Positions 19,794-29,500 of a stretch of DNA of 52,528 bases are shown one piece after another. A program made the translations under genes and the position numbers. The notes beneath the pieces were generated by a model. The model ran no database searches, was not told the DNA's origin, and saw only the letters and a list, made by a program, of their open reading frames with translations. Positions within the stretch are counted from its first letter, which is position 1. Each line of letters opens with the position of its first letter. The stretch comes from Candidatus Atribacteria bacterium (lineage in GTDB: Bacteria > Atribacterota > Atribacteria > Atribacterales > Caldatribacteriaceae), in contig JAKPIQ010000193.1 in the NCBI GenBank assembly GCA_029549715.1, positions 1 through 52,528 of the forward strand, given 5' to 3'.

Positions 19794-20894
19794 TCAGAGA
19801 TATCCTTCCACCACCTGGGCTACTTCTTCAAAAGGGTTTCCTCGATTTAATTTTTCCCTGATTTCTAGAGAAACATCAAGCACCTTTTTAGAGGACCCTG
19901 AATCACTTAATATTTTTTCTACCTCCTCAAGAAGACGAGAAGAAGAAAAATCTTTACCCACTAATTCGGGAGATATTTCTTCCCCCATCACAATATTTGG
20001 CAAACCTATAAAGGTTTTTCTCATTAACAATCGAGCTAAGAAAAAAGTTAATAGAGCCACCCGGTAAACTATGATTTGAGGGACTCCCGCCAGGGCTACT
20101 TCTAGAGTTACAGTTCCAGAAGAAGATATGGCCAAAGCACTACCCGGCAGAACAGAAAGCAGCTCTTTCCTCTCTTTTATAGTTACTGGAAAATCAACCA
20201 TTTCCTTTTCTAGAAGCTTTTGGGCCTCCTGTGAGGCAGCAATCGAGACAAGCTCTACTTTTCTGTTTTTCAGAAGAAGAGGAATAAATTTTTTAATCAC
20301 CGTTAAATAATTAATAATTTCTCCTTCCCGGCTACCGGGTAAAAGGATGATTCTATTTTTACTCTCCCCGGAGGAGGAAAACGGAAGGGGAGGAATAAGA
20401 TGGGTGACCGGATGCCCTACCCATTTCACTTGAGCTTTTCCTTTTGGGAAGTAATCTGCTTCCCAGGGAAAAATGGTTAAAATCCAATCTGCACATTGAG
20501 AAAGGCGTGAAGCTCTTCTTCTTCCCCACGCCCACACCTGAGGAGGAACAAAATAAACCACGGGAATTTTTTTCTTATGGCAAAAAGAAGCTAAACGGAG
20601 GTTAAAACCAGGATTATCAATTAATAATACTACGTTAGGATGCTCTCTCTCTATTACTTCTTGAGATAAGCGCCACACTTTTTCCCATTCCCGGAAAGTA
20701 AATACCGCTTCCCAAAAACCCACGGTAGAGATAGAAACCGTAGGGTAAAGAAGCCGGGCACCGGCTTTCTCGCTTTTCTCTCCTCCCAGAGCCAAAAATT
20801 CTATCATTCCATTTTTTTCCCGGAGAAGAGAAATTATTTCCCCTCCATAGTAATCACCGGAAATATCACCAATGGAGATAAAAACCTTACTCAC
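19794..20894 (-). CDS. lpxB: Lipid-A-disaccharide synthase LpxB
   Basis: Motifs ISIGDISGDYYGG, LLPGSREGEI, SSSGTVTLEVALAGVPQIIVYR and FIGLPNIVMGEEISPELV. The GTG start directly abuts the lpxI stop (TGAGTG). Confidence 0.85.
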   Translation of the reverse strand: MSKVFISIGDISGDYYGGEIISLLREKNGMIEFLALGGEKSEKAGARLLYPTVSISTVGFWEAVFTFREWEKVWRLSQEVIEREHPNVVLLIDNPGFNLRLASFCHKKKIPVVYFVPPQVWAWGRRRASRLSQCADWILTIFPWEADYFPKGKAQVKWVGHPVTHLIPPLPFSSSGESKNRIILLPGSREGEIINYLTVIKKFIPLLLKNRKVELVSIAASQEAQKLLEKEMVDFPVTIKERKELLSVLPGSALAISSSGTVTLEVALAGVPQIIVYRVALLTFFLARLLMRKTFIGLPNIVMGEEISPELVGKDFSSSRLLEEVEKILSDSGSSKKVLDVSLEIREKLNRGNPFEEVAQVVEGYL

Positions 20895-21683
20895 TCAACT
20901 AATTCCTACTATTCCCACTCCCCGTCTTTCTGCTTCTTTTTCTATTTCTTCTCGGTCCAGAAGGAAAGTTTTTCCTGCCTCTAAAGCAATTATTCCCCCT
21001 TTTTGGAGATGACGTACGGTCTCTTCACCTATTGCCGGAACATCGATCAAAAAGCTCTGTCGACTTCGAGCCACTTTTACCACCACTACTTCTTCTTTCC
21101 CCAGAGAAACTCCTCGCTTGATAGTTTCATCTGTCCCTTCTGCTCCTTCTAAAGCAAGCACCGTCCCCCGTTTCACTACTACAGTTTGCCCGATTTCCTC
21201 ATCAGCTAAAAAACGCGCAATCCGAGCTCCATAGGAAATATCTTCCCACTCCCGGGGCGATGGGTCTCTTCCCGCTATTTTTCCCGGAGGAGTGAGATAC
21301 TCTTCTAAGAAAAAAAGAGGGGGGACTATCTCGACTACTTCTTGCAGTTTTTCTACCACCACCTGCAAAAGAGCCTGGTCTTGCCATTTAGAAATAGAAG
21401 AAAATAGCCCTTTCAGTTCTCCATGAAGCAGGTCTTCTTCAAAAACTAAATCCTTAGGTATTTTACCCGCCAGACACAGATGGGTTATCTCTTCCTGCTC
21501 TATAATTTCTAATACCTGAGCCAAAGATAAACCATCCATCCACAAGTCAGGCTTTAGCTCTCGAGGAAGGGAAAAAAGAGGAGAACTTAAAATCAGGACC
21601 TCTCCTTCTTGTTTAGCTTTTTTATAAACCAGCAGGGGAATTTTCCCCTCACCAGCTAAGAGAAGCATTTTCTTCATCAGCAT
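20895..21683 (-). CDS. lpxI: UDP-2,3-diacylglucosamine pyrophosphatase LpxI (DUF1009)
   Basis: 262 aa. LLAGEGKIPLLV at the N-terminus, then GQTVVVKRGTVLALEGAEGTDETIKRG and VPAIGEETVRHLQKGGIIALEAGKT, as in DUF1009/LpxI. A GGAAGGGGG SD precedes the start. The gene overlaps the lpxA 3' end by 35 nt. Confidence 0.75.
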   Translation of the reverse strand: MLMKKMLLLAGEGKIPLLVYKKAKQEGEVLILSSPLFSLPRELKPDLWMDGLSLAQVLEIIEQEEITHLCLAGKIPKDLVFEEDLLHGELKGLFSSISKWQDQALLQVVVEKLQEVVEIVPPLFFLEEYLTPPGKIAGRDPSPREWEDISYGARIARFLADEEIGQTVVVKRGTVLALEGAEGTDETIKRGVSLGKEEVVVVKVARSRQSFLIDVPAIGEETVRHLQKGGIIALEAGKTFLLDREEIEKEAERRGVGIVGIS

Positions 21684-22476
21684 TTTTCCCCCTTCCTTTC
21701 ACCCACCGTGCCACTCCTCTTTTGCTTTTTTCCCAGAAACCGACAATTTCTTCTACTAACTGAGGGTCAAAATCACCCTTTTTTAGCTCCTCCAAAGCTT
21801 GAGAACGAGTAAGGTCGCTGTGAAAAATCAAGTGGTAGATCTGGCTAATTTTCTCCCTTTGTTCGGCCTCTATCCCTCTTCTTTTCATCCCCACCACATT
21901 TAAACCGAAAATCCGAGCCGGGTGTCCATCGGCCAAGGTATAGGGAGGAATATCCATTACCACTTTGGAAAGGCCTCCCACCATAACTAATTTCCCCAGA
22001 CGTACAAATTGGTGAACTCCTACCCATCCACTCAAGGTGGCCCAGTCCTCGATTTCCACATAACCGGCCAGGGTGGAATTATTAGCCATGGTAACTCCCT
22101 GCCCCAGGCGACAATTATGAGCGACATGACAGTAAGCCATGATAAAACAATCATCACCAATGACGGTGGCGTTGTTCTCTCCAGTAGCCCGATGAACAGT
22201 TACAAATTCCCGAAGAGTAGTCCTTTCTCCAATTACCACTTGAGTTTCTTCTCCCTGGTAAGATAGGTCTTGAGGAGGAGCACCCACAACTACATGATGG
22301 CCAATGTTACAGCAAGAACCAATTTCTACTCTGCCCTCTATAACCGTAAAAGCACCAATTTTAGTATGATCACCAACTACTATTTTCCCTTGTAAGATAG
22401 AGTAAGGACCAACTTCTACCCCTTCTCCGAGCACTACTTCTCGGTCAATTCTAGCCGTAGAATCAATTTTCACCAT
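21649..22476 (-). CDS. lpxA: Acyl-ACP:UDP-GlcNAc O-acyltransferase LpxA
   Basis: Left-handed beta-helix hexapeptide repeats. MAYCHVAHNCRLG contains the catalytic-His context. The C-terminal helical domain is present. Start overlaps the lpxC stop (ATGGTGA). Confidence 0.9.
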   Translation of the reverse strand: MVKIDSTARIDREVVLGEGVEVGPYSILQGKIVVGDHTKIGAFTVIEGRVEIGSCCNIGHHVVVGAPPQDLSYQGEETQVVIGERTTLREFVTVHRATGENNATVIGDDCFIMAYCHVAHNCRLGQGVTMANNSTLAGYVEIEDWATLSGWVGVHQFVRLGKLVMVGGLSKVVMDIPPYTLADGHPARIFGLNVVGMKRRGIEAEQREKISQIYHLIFHSDLTRSQALEELKKGDFDPQLVEEIVGFWEKSKRGVARWVKGRGKNADEENASLSW

Positions 22477-23291
22477 TTATCTCCTGCTATTATTTTTTTT
22501 ACCATTTCCCGATTCAAGGTATGACCGGAACGAATACCTATAAAATGTCCCTTAACTCTTTTACCTATGAGCATTAAGTCTCCCATCATATCCAGAATTT
22601 TATGTCCGGCAGCCTCTTCGGGAAAACGCAAGGGAATAGAGCTTCGCCCCTCTCCGTCAAGAACAAAGGCAGCTTCTCTTACTCCCTGCCCCCACCCTTT
22701 CTCTAAAATTTCTTCCACTTCCCAGGAAAAGGCAAAGGTACGAGCACAAAGAAGCTTTCCGAAATCGTCACTCTCAGAAAACTCCATACTCTGAGAAAAA
22801 CAGCAACTATCTCCCCCATCTAGAAAATACCAGGTCCGAAATTTCCGGGCAGGAAAAGCAAAAATGTAACTGCGATCCTCTCCCACTTTAAAACTATTCT
22901 TCAAAACCACATACTCCCGGAAAGAGCGCTGAGTCTGAAAACCAATTTCTTGAAAAATATCAAACCAGAAAATAGAGCTTCCATCGCCTCCGGGGAGTTC
23001 CTCCCCTTCCACCACCACTTCTAAATTATCTAATTCACTTCCCCAGCAAGCAGCTAAAAAATGCTCCACGGTAGATACTTGCTTTCCATCTCTTTGGAGA
23101 GTGGTACAACGGGGAGTATCTTTCACATACTCAATGGTAGCAGGAATGACTGTTTCTCCAGCTCGAAAGAAAATGCCGCTGTTTTCCGAAGCAGGAAGAA
23201 GAGTGGCCTTTACCAATTTCCCACTATGTAGACCCCGGCCCTCGAAAGTATAAGAAGAGGCTAGCGTCTTTTGTCTCGCTAACGCGCTCAT
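22470..23291 (-). CDS. lpxC: UDP-3-O-acyl-GlcNAc deacetylase LpxC
   Basis: 273 aa with FEGRGLHSGK, TTL...STVEHFLAA and a C-terminal SGHTLN motif. There is an ATGA overlap with lpxD. Confidence 0.88.
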   Translation of the reverse strand: MSALARQKTLASSYTFEGRGLHSGKLVKATLLPASENSGIFFRAGETVIPATIEYVKDTPRCTTLQRDGKQVSTVEHFLAACWGSELDNLEVVVEGEELPGGDGSSIFWFDIFQEIGFQTQRSFREYVVLKNSFKVGEDRSYIFAFPARKFRTWYFLDGGDSCCFSQSMEFSESDDFGKLLCARTFAFSWEVEEILEKGWGQGVREAAFVLDGEGRSSIPLRFPEEAAGHKILDMMGDLMLIGKRVKGHFIGIRSGHTLNREMVKKIIAGDKW

Positions 23292-24307
23292 TTTTTAATC
23301 TGCTGTACCATATCTTCCAAATTTTTCACCCTTTCCCAGAGCTGGGAAAGCTTTCTAACCAGGGCTCTTTCCTTTAATTCTTTTTTGTGTTCCTGAGCGG
23401 GAAAGCCAGAAACAGTCACACCATCAGGAATATCAGTTGCTACTCCTGCCCGGGCAGCCATCTGCACCCCTTTACCTATACGGCGATGGTCTATTACTCC
23501 GCTCTGAGCTCCCATCACCACTCCATCTCCTATTTCTACACTTCCCGCCACCCCCGATTGAGCCACTATCACTACATTTCTACCTATCTTCACGTTATGA
23601 GCAATCATAACCAGATTATCAATTTTAGAACCAGCACCAATTTTAGTTGTCCCCAGAGTAGCCCGATCCACAGTAGAGTTGGCACCTATTTCTACATCGT
23701 CTTCTACCACTACCTTTCCTACCTGAGGGATTTTATAATAACTGTCCCCCACCTTCTCATAACCAAAGCCATCCGCTCCTATTACCACTCCACTGTGAAG
23801 AATCACTCGATTCCCAATCCAGCAATTTTCTCTTACCACTACCTGGGGGTAAAAAATACATTCTTTACCCACCTGGACACCTTTCCCCAGGTAAACCTGG
23901 GGAAAGATAATGGTATCGTCCCCTATAACCACACCTTCTTCTATCACGGCAAAAGGACCCACCGAAACATTTTCACCCACGGAAGCTTGAGGATGAACAA
24001 AAGCTTGAGGGTGAACTCCTCTTGGAAAACAATAAGAAGGGAAAAAACAAGGAACTAATTTAGAGAAAGCATAACGGGGATTGTCTACCAATATCACATT
24101 TTTACCTATCAGCTTATCTTCCATCCCCGGCTTAGTTATCACCGCCTTAGCAGGAGAAGAAAGCACTTTCTCTAAATAAGGAAGGTGATAAAAAAGAATT
24201 AAATCATCCTCCTGCGCCTCTTCTGGTTCCTTTATTCCTTTTACCTCCCAGTGGGGGTCGCCTATTAAGCTCCCCCCCACCAATTCGGCAATCTCCTTCA
24301 GCTTCAA
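23288..24307 (-). CDS. lpxD: UDP-3-O-acylglucosamine N-acyltransferase LpxD
   Basis: 339 aa with an N-terminal uridine-binding domain (LKEIAELVGG), a long hexapeptide-repeat beta-helix (MIAHNVKIG) and a C-terminal coiled helix. Confidence 0.9.
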   Translation of the reverse strand: MKLKEIAELVGGSLIGDPHWEVKGIKEPEEAQEDDLILFYHLPYLEKVLSSPAKAVITKPGMEDKLIGKNVILVDNPRYAFSKLVPCFFPSYCFPRGVHPQAFVHPQASVGENVSVGPFAVIEEGVVIGDDTIIFPQVYLGKGVQVGKECIFYPQVVVRENCWIGNRVILHSGVVIGADGFGYEKVGDSYYKIPQVGKVVVEDDVEIGANSTVDRATLGTTKIGAGSKIDNLVMIAHNVKIGRNVVIVAQSGVAGSVEIGDGVVMGAQSGVIDHRRIGKGVQMAARAGVATDIPDGVTVSGFPAQEHKKELKERALVRKLSQLWERVKNLEDMVQQIKK

Positions 24308-24313
24308 AGCTTT

Positions 24314-24832
24314 CTACTCCCCTGAAGCAGCAGCTATATTTTTAATTTCTTCTATCACCTGGTCGGTAATATCTAATCCTCCATAGAGAACAAGGGGCAT
24401 TTCTAGCAGTTCATTTTGAGAAACAGGGATACGCAACTCGCTTCGGATGACCAGAGTTAGTTTTTGAGATTCAGCTACTTTTTTAATTGCCGCAATCACA
24501 TCACCATACCTCTTATTCACCAGGTCCTGGCGCTCTTTTAAAATTTGATCTCTAACCGGGGCCCATTCAGCATTCATTTCTTCTTCTAATTTTTGTACTT
24601 CTTCCCGTGTTTTCCCTTTTCCTTTTTCGTTCAATTCAGCCTGCCTTTTTTGCATCTCTTCCTGCAGCCTATTTTCCACCTCTAATATCTTCTGAGTACC
24701 AGGATGAGCATTGAGAATTTTATTGACATCCACCAAACCCACTACAGGTTCTGCTGCCCAGCCGGGTACAGCAATTACCGTACTTACCACCATTACCAAA
24801 ATTAACCCGATTAAAAAGTTACTTTTCTTCAT
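24314..24832 (-). CDS. skp: Periplasmic chaperone Skp/OmpH family
   Basis: Signal peptide MKKSNFLIGLILVMVVSTVIAVPGWA followed by a charged coiled-coil region. The gene sits between bamA and lpxD as in many diderms. The ORF-track TTG is at 24871. A GGGAGA SD favours the ATG at 24832. Confidence 0.75.
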   Translation of the reverse strand: MKKSNFLIGLILVMVVSTVIAVPGWAAEPVVGLVDVNKILNAHPGTQKILEVENRLQEEMQKRQAELNEKGKGKTREEVQKLEEEMNAEWAPVRDQILKERQDLVNKRYGDVIAAIKKVAESQKLTLVIRSELRIPVSQNELLEMPLVLYGGLDITDQVIEEIKNIAAASGE

Positions 24833-24867
24833 TATCGTTCTCCCTTTCTGTGTGCTTCTAGTTCTCT

Positions 24868-26547
24868 TCAAAAAGTCTGCCCGATACTAAAGTAGGTTTG
24901 TCCACCATCTTCTCCAATACCATAGTCCAGCCGTACCGGTCCAATAGGGGTATCAAACCTCACTCCTACCCCATAACCAGTTTTAATATCATCCCAGCCT
25001 ATATCCTGGGGGAGAGGCCAGGCATATCCCACATCACCAAAAAATACCAGCTGTGTTCCTTCTGAAACCTCCCACCGGTACTCCAGGTTGAAAACCAGCA
25101 TTTTATCTCCTTCAAACTCAAATAAGTCATAACCTCGCAGAGTGCTAACTCCTCCTACTGAAAATTTCTCATAATCAGGCAACTCTGTATCCGCTATTCC
25201 TCCTAAAAAACGCAAAGCCAGAACTGTATCTTCTCCCGTCTCGATGAAATTTCTTACATCCAAAATATACTTATTATAATCATGGTCGCCTCCCAAAAAC
25301 CCTCCGGCCAGCTCTGCCTGCAAAATTCCATACCACCCCTGGTGGGGATTATCTATCACATCCCGGGTATCATAAAACACCATAGGAGTTAAAGAATTAG
25401 TTTTCCCTCCTCCATCGGGGGGGGTACCCTCTAAAACACTAATATTCACATCTTCAGATTTATAGCGAAGCCGCCATCCCCAGTCCTCTTCTATTTTTCC
25501 CCCTAAAGTAACATATCCTCCTATTCTTTCTTCTTCATACCTTCCTACTACTTCATGATTGGCCCACTCTCTTCTCTCCTCTATCTGGTCATATAGAGCC
25601 AGGTTAAAATAAAGGGGCTCATTAAAGAGCCAGGGTTCTTCAAACAAGAAACGATAAAGAGTGCGAACCCCATATTCATACCTTAACTCCACTCGCTGGG
25701 CATTGCCTCCTAAGTTAGATTCCTGATAACGAATGTAACCTAACCAGCCTCTTTCAGTATTATAACCTACTCCCAATCCTGCCTCACCGGTAAGCTTTTC
25801 CTGTACTGTAACTTTTACCACCACGTGGTCTCGATCGCTACCGGGCTCCAGTTTCATAGATACATCCTCAAAAAAGCCCAGGTTATAAATGGCTCTCAAG
25901 CTCTCCTGGATTTTAGAAAAGTCAAAAACCAGAGGAGGCTCAAAAGTCAATTCTCGACGCAAAACATACTCTTTGGTTTTCTCCAACCCTTCAAACTCTA
26001 TCGCTTCCACTATTCCCTCTTTAATGGTAAAACTTATAATTCCTTCTTCACTGAAATTAATTTCTTCTACCGCAGTAATTAAAAAACCATTGTCGCTATA
26101 AAGCGCCCTTATTCGGTCCAGATCGTGTTGAAATATCTTCCAATTCATAACCTGACCGGGAGACAGAATCATAACTTTCCTAATTTCATCATCACTCAAG
26201 GCACTGTTACCAGAAATGCGAATTTCCTTAATTCGGGGAAATTCCTGTACCTTAAAAATTAGCTCTATACCATCAGGGTATTCCTTAGTTTCTGCCCACA
26301 CTTTGGAAAAGTATCCCAAGTCATAAATGGCTTTAACGTCTGCCTGTACTTTTTCAGGATTGTAAGGTTCCTTAAGAGAGGTAGATACCGCAGATAAAAT
26401 CAATTGGGTATTAACATTTTCATTGCCTTCTACCCGGATAGCTACTACTGGTGGAGAAACAGTTTGAGCATAAACTGCTCCCCCCATTCCCAACACCAGC
26501 AACAATACCAGCCCCCGAAATAACCTCTTAGTTTTCTTATGAATCAA
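24868..26547 (-). CDS. bamA: Outer membrane protein assembly factor BamA/Omp85 family, short form with about 3 POTRA domains
   Basis: Signal peptide, then three POTRA-like repeats (VAIRVEGNENV..., IKEIRISGNSAL..., VEAIEFEGLEKT...). An approximately 310-aa beta-barrel ends in the aromatic beta-signal YFSIGQTF. Start is a TTG with a GGGAGGG SD 8 nt upstream. Confidence 0.85.
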   Translation of the reverse strand: MIHKKTKRLFRGLVLLLVLGMGGAVYAQTVSPPVVAIRVEGNENVNTQLILSAVSTSLKEPYNPEKVQADVKAIYDLGYFSKVWAETKEYPDGIELIFKVQEFPRIKEIRISGNSALSDDEIRKVMILSPGQVMNWKIFQHDLDRIRALYSDNGFLITAVEEINFSEEGIISFTIKEGIVEAIEFEGLEKTKEYVLRRELTFEPPLVFDFSKIQESLRAIYNLGFFEDVSMKLEPGSDRDHVVVKVTVQEKLTGEAGLGVGYNTERGWLGYIRYQESNLGGNAQRVELRYEYGVRTLYRFLFEEPWLFNEPLYFNLALYDQIEERREWANHEVVGRYEEERIGGYVTLGGKIEEDWGWRLRYKSEDVNISVLEGTPPDGGGKTNSLTPMVFYDTRDVIDNPHQGWYGILQAELAGGFLGGDHDYNKYILDVRNFIETGEDTVLALRFLGGIADTELPDYEKFSVGGVSTLRGYDLFEFEGDKMLVFNLEYRWEVSEGTQLVFFGDVGYAWPLPQDIGWDDIKTGYGVGVRFDTPIGPVRLDYGIGEDGGQTYFSIGQTF

Positions 26548-26566
26548 CTCCGAACCCTCCCTACCG

Positions 26567-29500
26567 TCAAAATTTAGTATTAAATTCTAACATCCAGTTA
26601 ATTTCTCCCTCAGTATTTCCTTCCATTTTTAAGGACCATTCTTTATCAAAATTTATCTTAAAATCCCAGGTAGAATTTTCCCCACTACTCAAATCTTGAG
26701 TATAACCTATAAAATAATTTTCACCAATACCCTTTTCCCATCTTACCCCGTAAAAGTTAGAATTTTCTGAACCAGGAAATTTTATCTCTATTCCATCAAA
26801 AAATCCACTCCCCGGGGAAAAATCTTCTCCTAACAAAAATTGCCCCAGCTTCCAGATAATAGGCTGCCAGTTAAGACTATCCAGAGAAAGATAAGCATCT
26901 TTTTCTCCCAAAAAAAGCAAAGAAAGGATCTCTTCCTCCTTTAGGGAAGGTTCCGATTTCAAAGTTAACCGATAACTATCCACAGGACCCCTAGCTTCTA
27001 AATAAATATGGTATCCCCCTATCTTTTCTTCTCCCTGCAAATCCAATTGAGGATTCCACCCATAAAGAGGACTAAAAGTTATGGATCCGGTAAGGGGAAT
27101 TTCCCTCAACACTAAATTATAGCTTCCTTTCACCACTTCCAGCCTACCTTCCCCGCTTATTTTTCCACTTTCCCCTTCAATTTTGAGCCTTCCTTCCATT
27201 TCCAAATCCAAAAAGCGAGTTTTTACTTTCATCTTATTACCAGTATAAAGGGTGAGTTCCAAAGAAAGGGGCAAGCCTTTTAACTTTTCTTCCAGTTGAG
27301 AAAGTGAAGAAAAATAGTCTTCAGTATCCTCTCCCTTAGTAAAATCTCCCCACCCGTCAAAAATTTTTGCTTCCCCCTCCAGGTTTATCTTCCCCTCACA
27401 AACTCTAACTATCATATCACTCTCAATTCTGGAAAGCCCAATATTTTCCCCTGGTATTTCTAATGGTCCTCCTCCGGAAAGATAAATTTCACAATGGAGA
27501 GGAGAAACAACTCCCCTCATCGCCCAGTTAAGGCCAGCAATTTGCAGGTTGCCACTCACAAGCTGAATTTCTTCTCCGTTTATTATTCCCTGTACCCCGC
27601 TAAAGCAAGCATACTTTTCCCCTTCTTGCCCCATATTGCCCTCTCCTTGTAGCTCTCCTTGCCAGAGAGGCTCCTCTACACTGCCAGCAAGAGAGATATT
27701 AGCTTCTCCTTTTAATTGTAGCACTCCATAAGGAGAAATGGAAAAGGAGCGATTTACTCTCCCTTTTATTTCTCCCTCCACAGTTTTTCCCCTCAGCTTT
27801 AAATTCCCTCCTACCTCCAGGCCTCCCTTTAATTCCTGGAAAAACAATTCATCAATAATCAAATCCTCCCCATCGTAGCTCCCCTCCAGCTTCCCTTGAA
27901 AATGGAAATCCTGCATGGTTACAGAAAAATTTTCGGAGTGAAAAAACCACTGATTTCTCTGAGTATCCAGGTCAATCACTATATCGGTAATCCCCGTAAT
28001 AGGATAGGAGGAAACCTTCCTCGTCAGTTGCTCTAAGTTTATCTCCCTGACTTCCACCCTCCCTTCCTCCAGAAGACGAGGGTCTAAATAGTCGCTAAAA
28101 CGCGAAGCCTGGCCTTCCTGAGGAAGAGAAGCTCGGCCCCCAAGCAAGAGATGAAAATAATTCCCCCACGGCTCTCCTTGCCAGAAAAAATTCTTACCCT
28201 CACCTTCTAAAAGAAAAGCAACTTTTTCCCAGGGACCACAGAGGGAGAGAACAACCCTTTCCAAATTTCCCTCTACATCCCAGTAAGAAGGTATTTCCAA
28301 ATTTTGAATCTCTCCTTGAAGATTAACCTCCCGGTAAGGGATAACTTTGCCTTGTAAAGAAAGGTAACCATCTCCCCAATCACAGGAAAAATCTTCCACC
28401 TCTATCTCTCCTTTTTCGACCTTTCCCGCTAAAGAGAGTTTCTCACCCTCCATTTCTCCTATCTTCCAGGAAGAAGAAAAAAGGGAAAGAGATAAGTCCT
28501 CTCCTTTTGCCTTTATATTTCCTCCCAATACCAATTCTATTTTTTCATCCCCCCACCACTGAGAAACAGGATAATTGTTTATTCCTACCTCTCCTTCCAA
28601 CTCTTCTCCTGCTTTTCTTAAATCTCCCCAGATTATTCCCTCTCCCTGCCGGAGTGATAAATCACGAACCATTAAAACAGGAGGAGAGAACTCAATCTCC
28701 CCCTTTTCTATGGTGCCCAGACACCAATCTTCCCAGAATAGTTCTCCTTCTTTCAGGGAGAGGAAAATTAATCCATCCTCTTCTCTTTTCCACTCCCCAG
28801 AAACCCAACCCTCCAGAGGGAAGGCCGTCCCTTCTGTGAGCTGCTCCACTTTTATGTTTTGGAAATTACCCTGGAGAGAAAGGTGGTCCTGTGATCCTCG
28901 TCCAGAAAAAGTTATGTTTCCCTCTCCCCACTCTCCTTCACCCTCCAACACTATTTCTCCGCCTTTTCCCACTTTTATGTTCACTCGAGGATCATTCACC
29001 AAAAAATCACTCCACCGGAGGTAGCTACCCTCCCAAGTTAGATGACCTTCCCACTCCTCTCCTTTCCCTCCCATAACTCCTTGAAAAATTCCCTCTCCTT
29101 CTAATTCCGAAAACATATCCAATTTTACCGCAGCAGGGGGTATAGTAACTATAGCTCTTCCTTCTTCCCCCGAAACTACAGCCTGTATCTTCCCCTCTCC
29201 CTTCACTCCCCCCAAAGTAAACCCGGGTTGGATATTCAAAACTACAACCCTCTCCTCACCAAGAGAAACTTCACCCGCTATGCTTGTTTCTTTTCCCCAG
29301 AGAGAAAATTCCCCCTCTCCCAGAAGAGAAGTGGTATCTATACTCCCTCTTATTTCCAGAGAATTTTTTTCTTCACCCCAATAGATATCACTTCTTCCCT
29401 CCAGAGAAACAAGATGACTACTTATTTCCCCCTCACCCTGGAAAAGACACCTGTTTTCTTTCATATCCCATAACTCAAGAGGAGAAAAGACCATATCTTC

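Noticed and set aside
23387-24058. 223-aa plus-strand ORF antisense to lpxD
   Set aside because: Its composition is His/Tyr/Ser/Ile-rich and non-protein-like, and it has no SD. It is the expected shadow of the hexapeptide-repeat coding sequence on the other strand, which has clear LpxD motifs.
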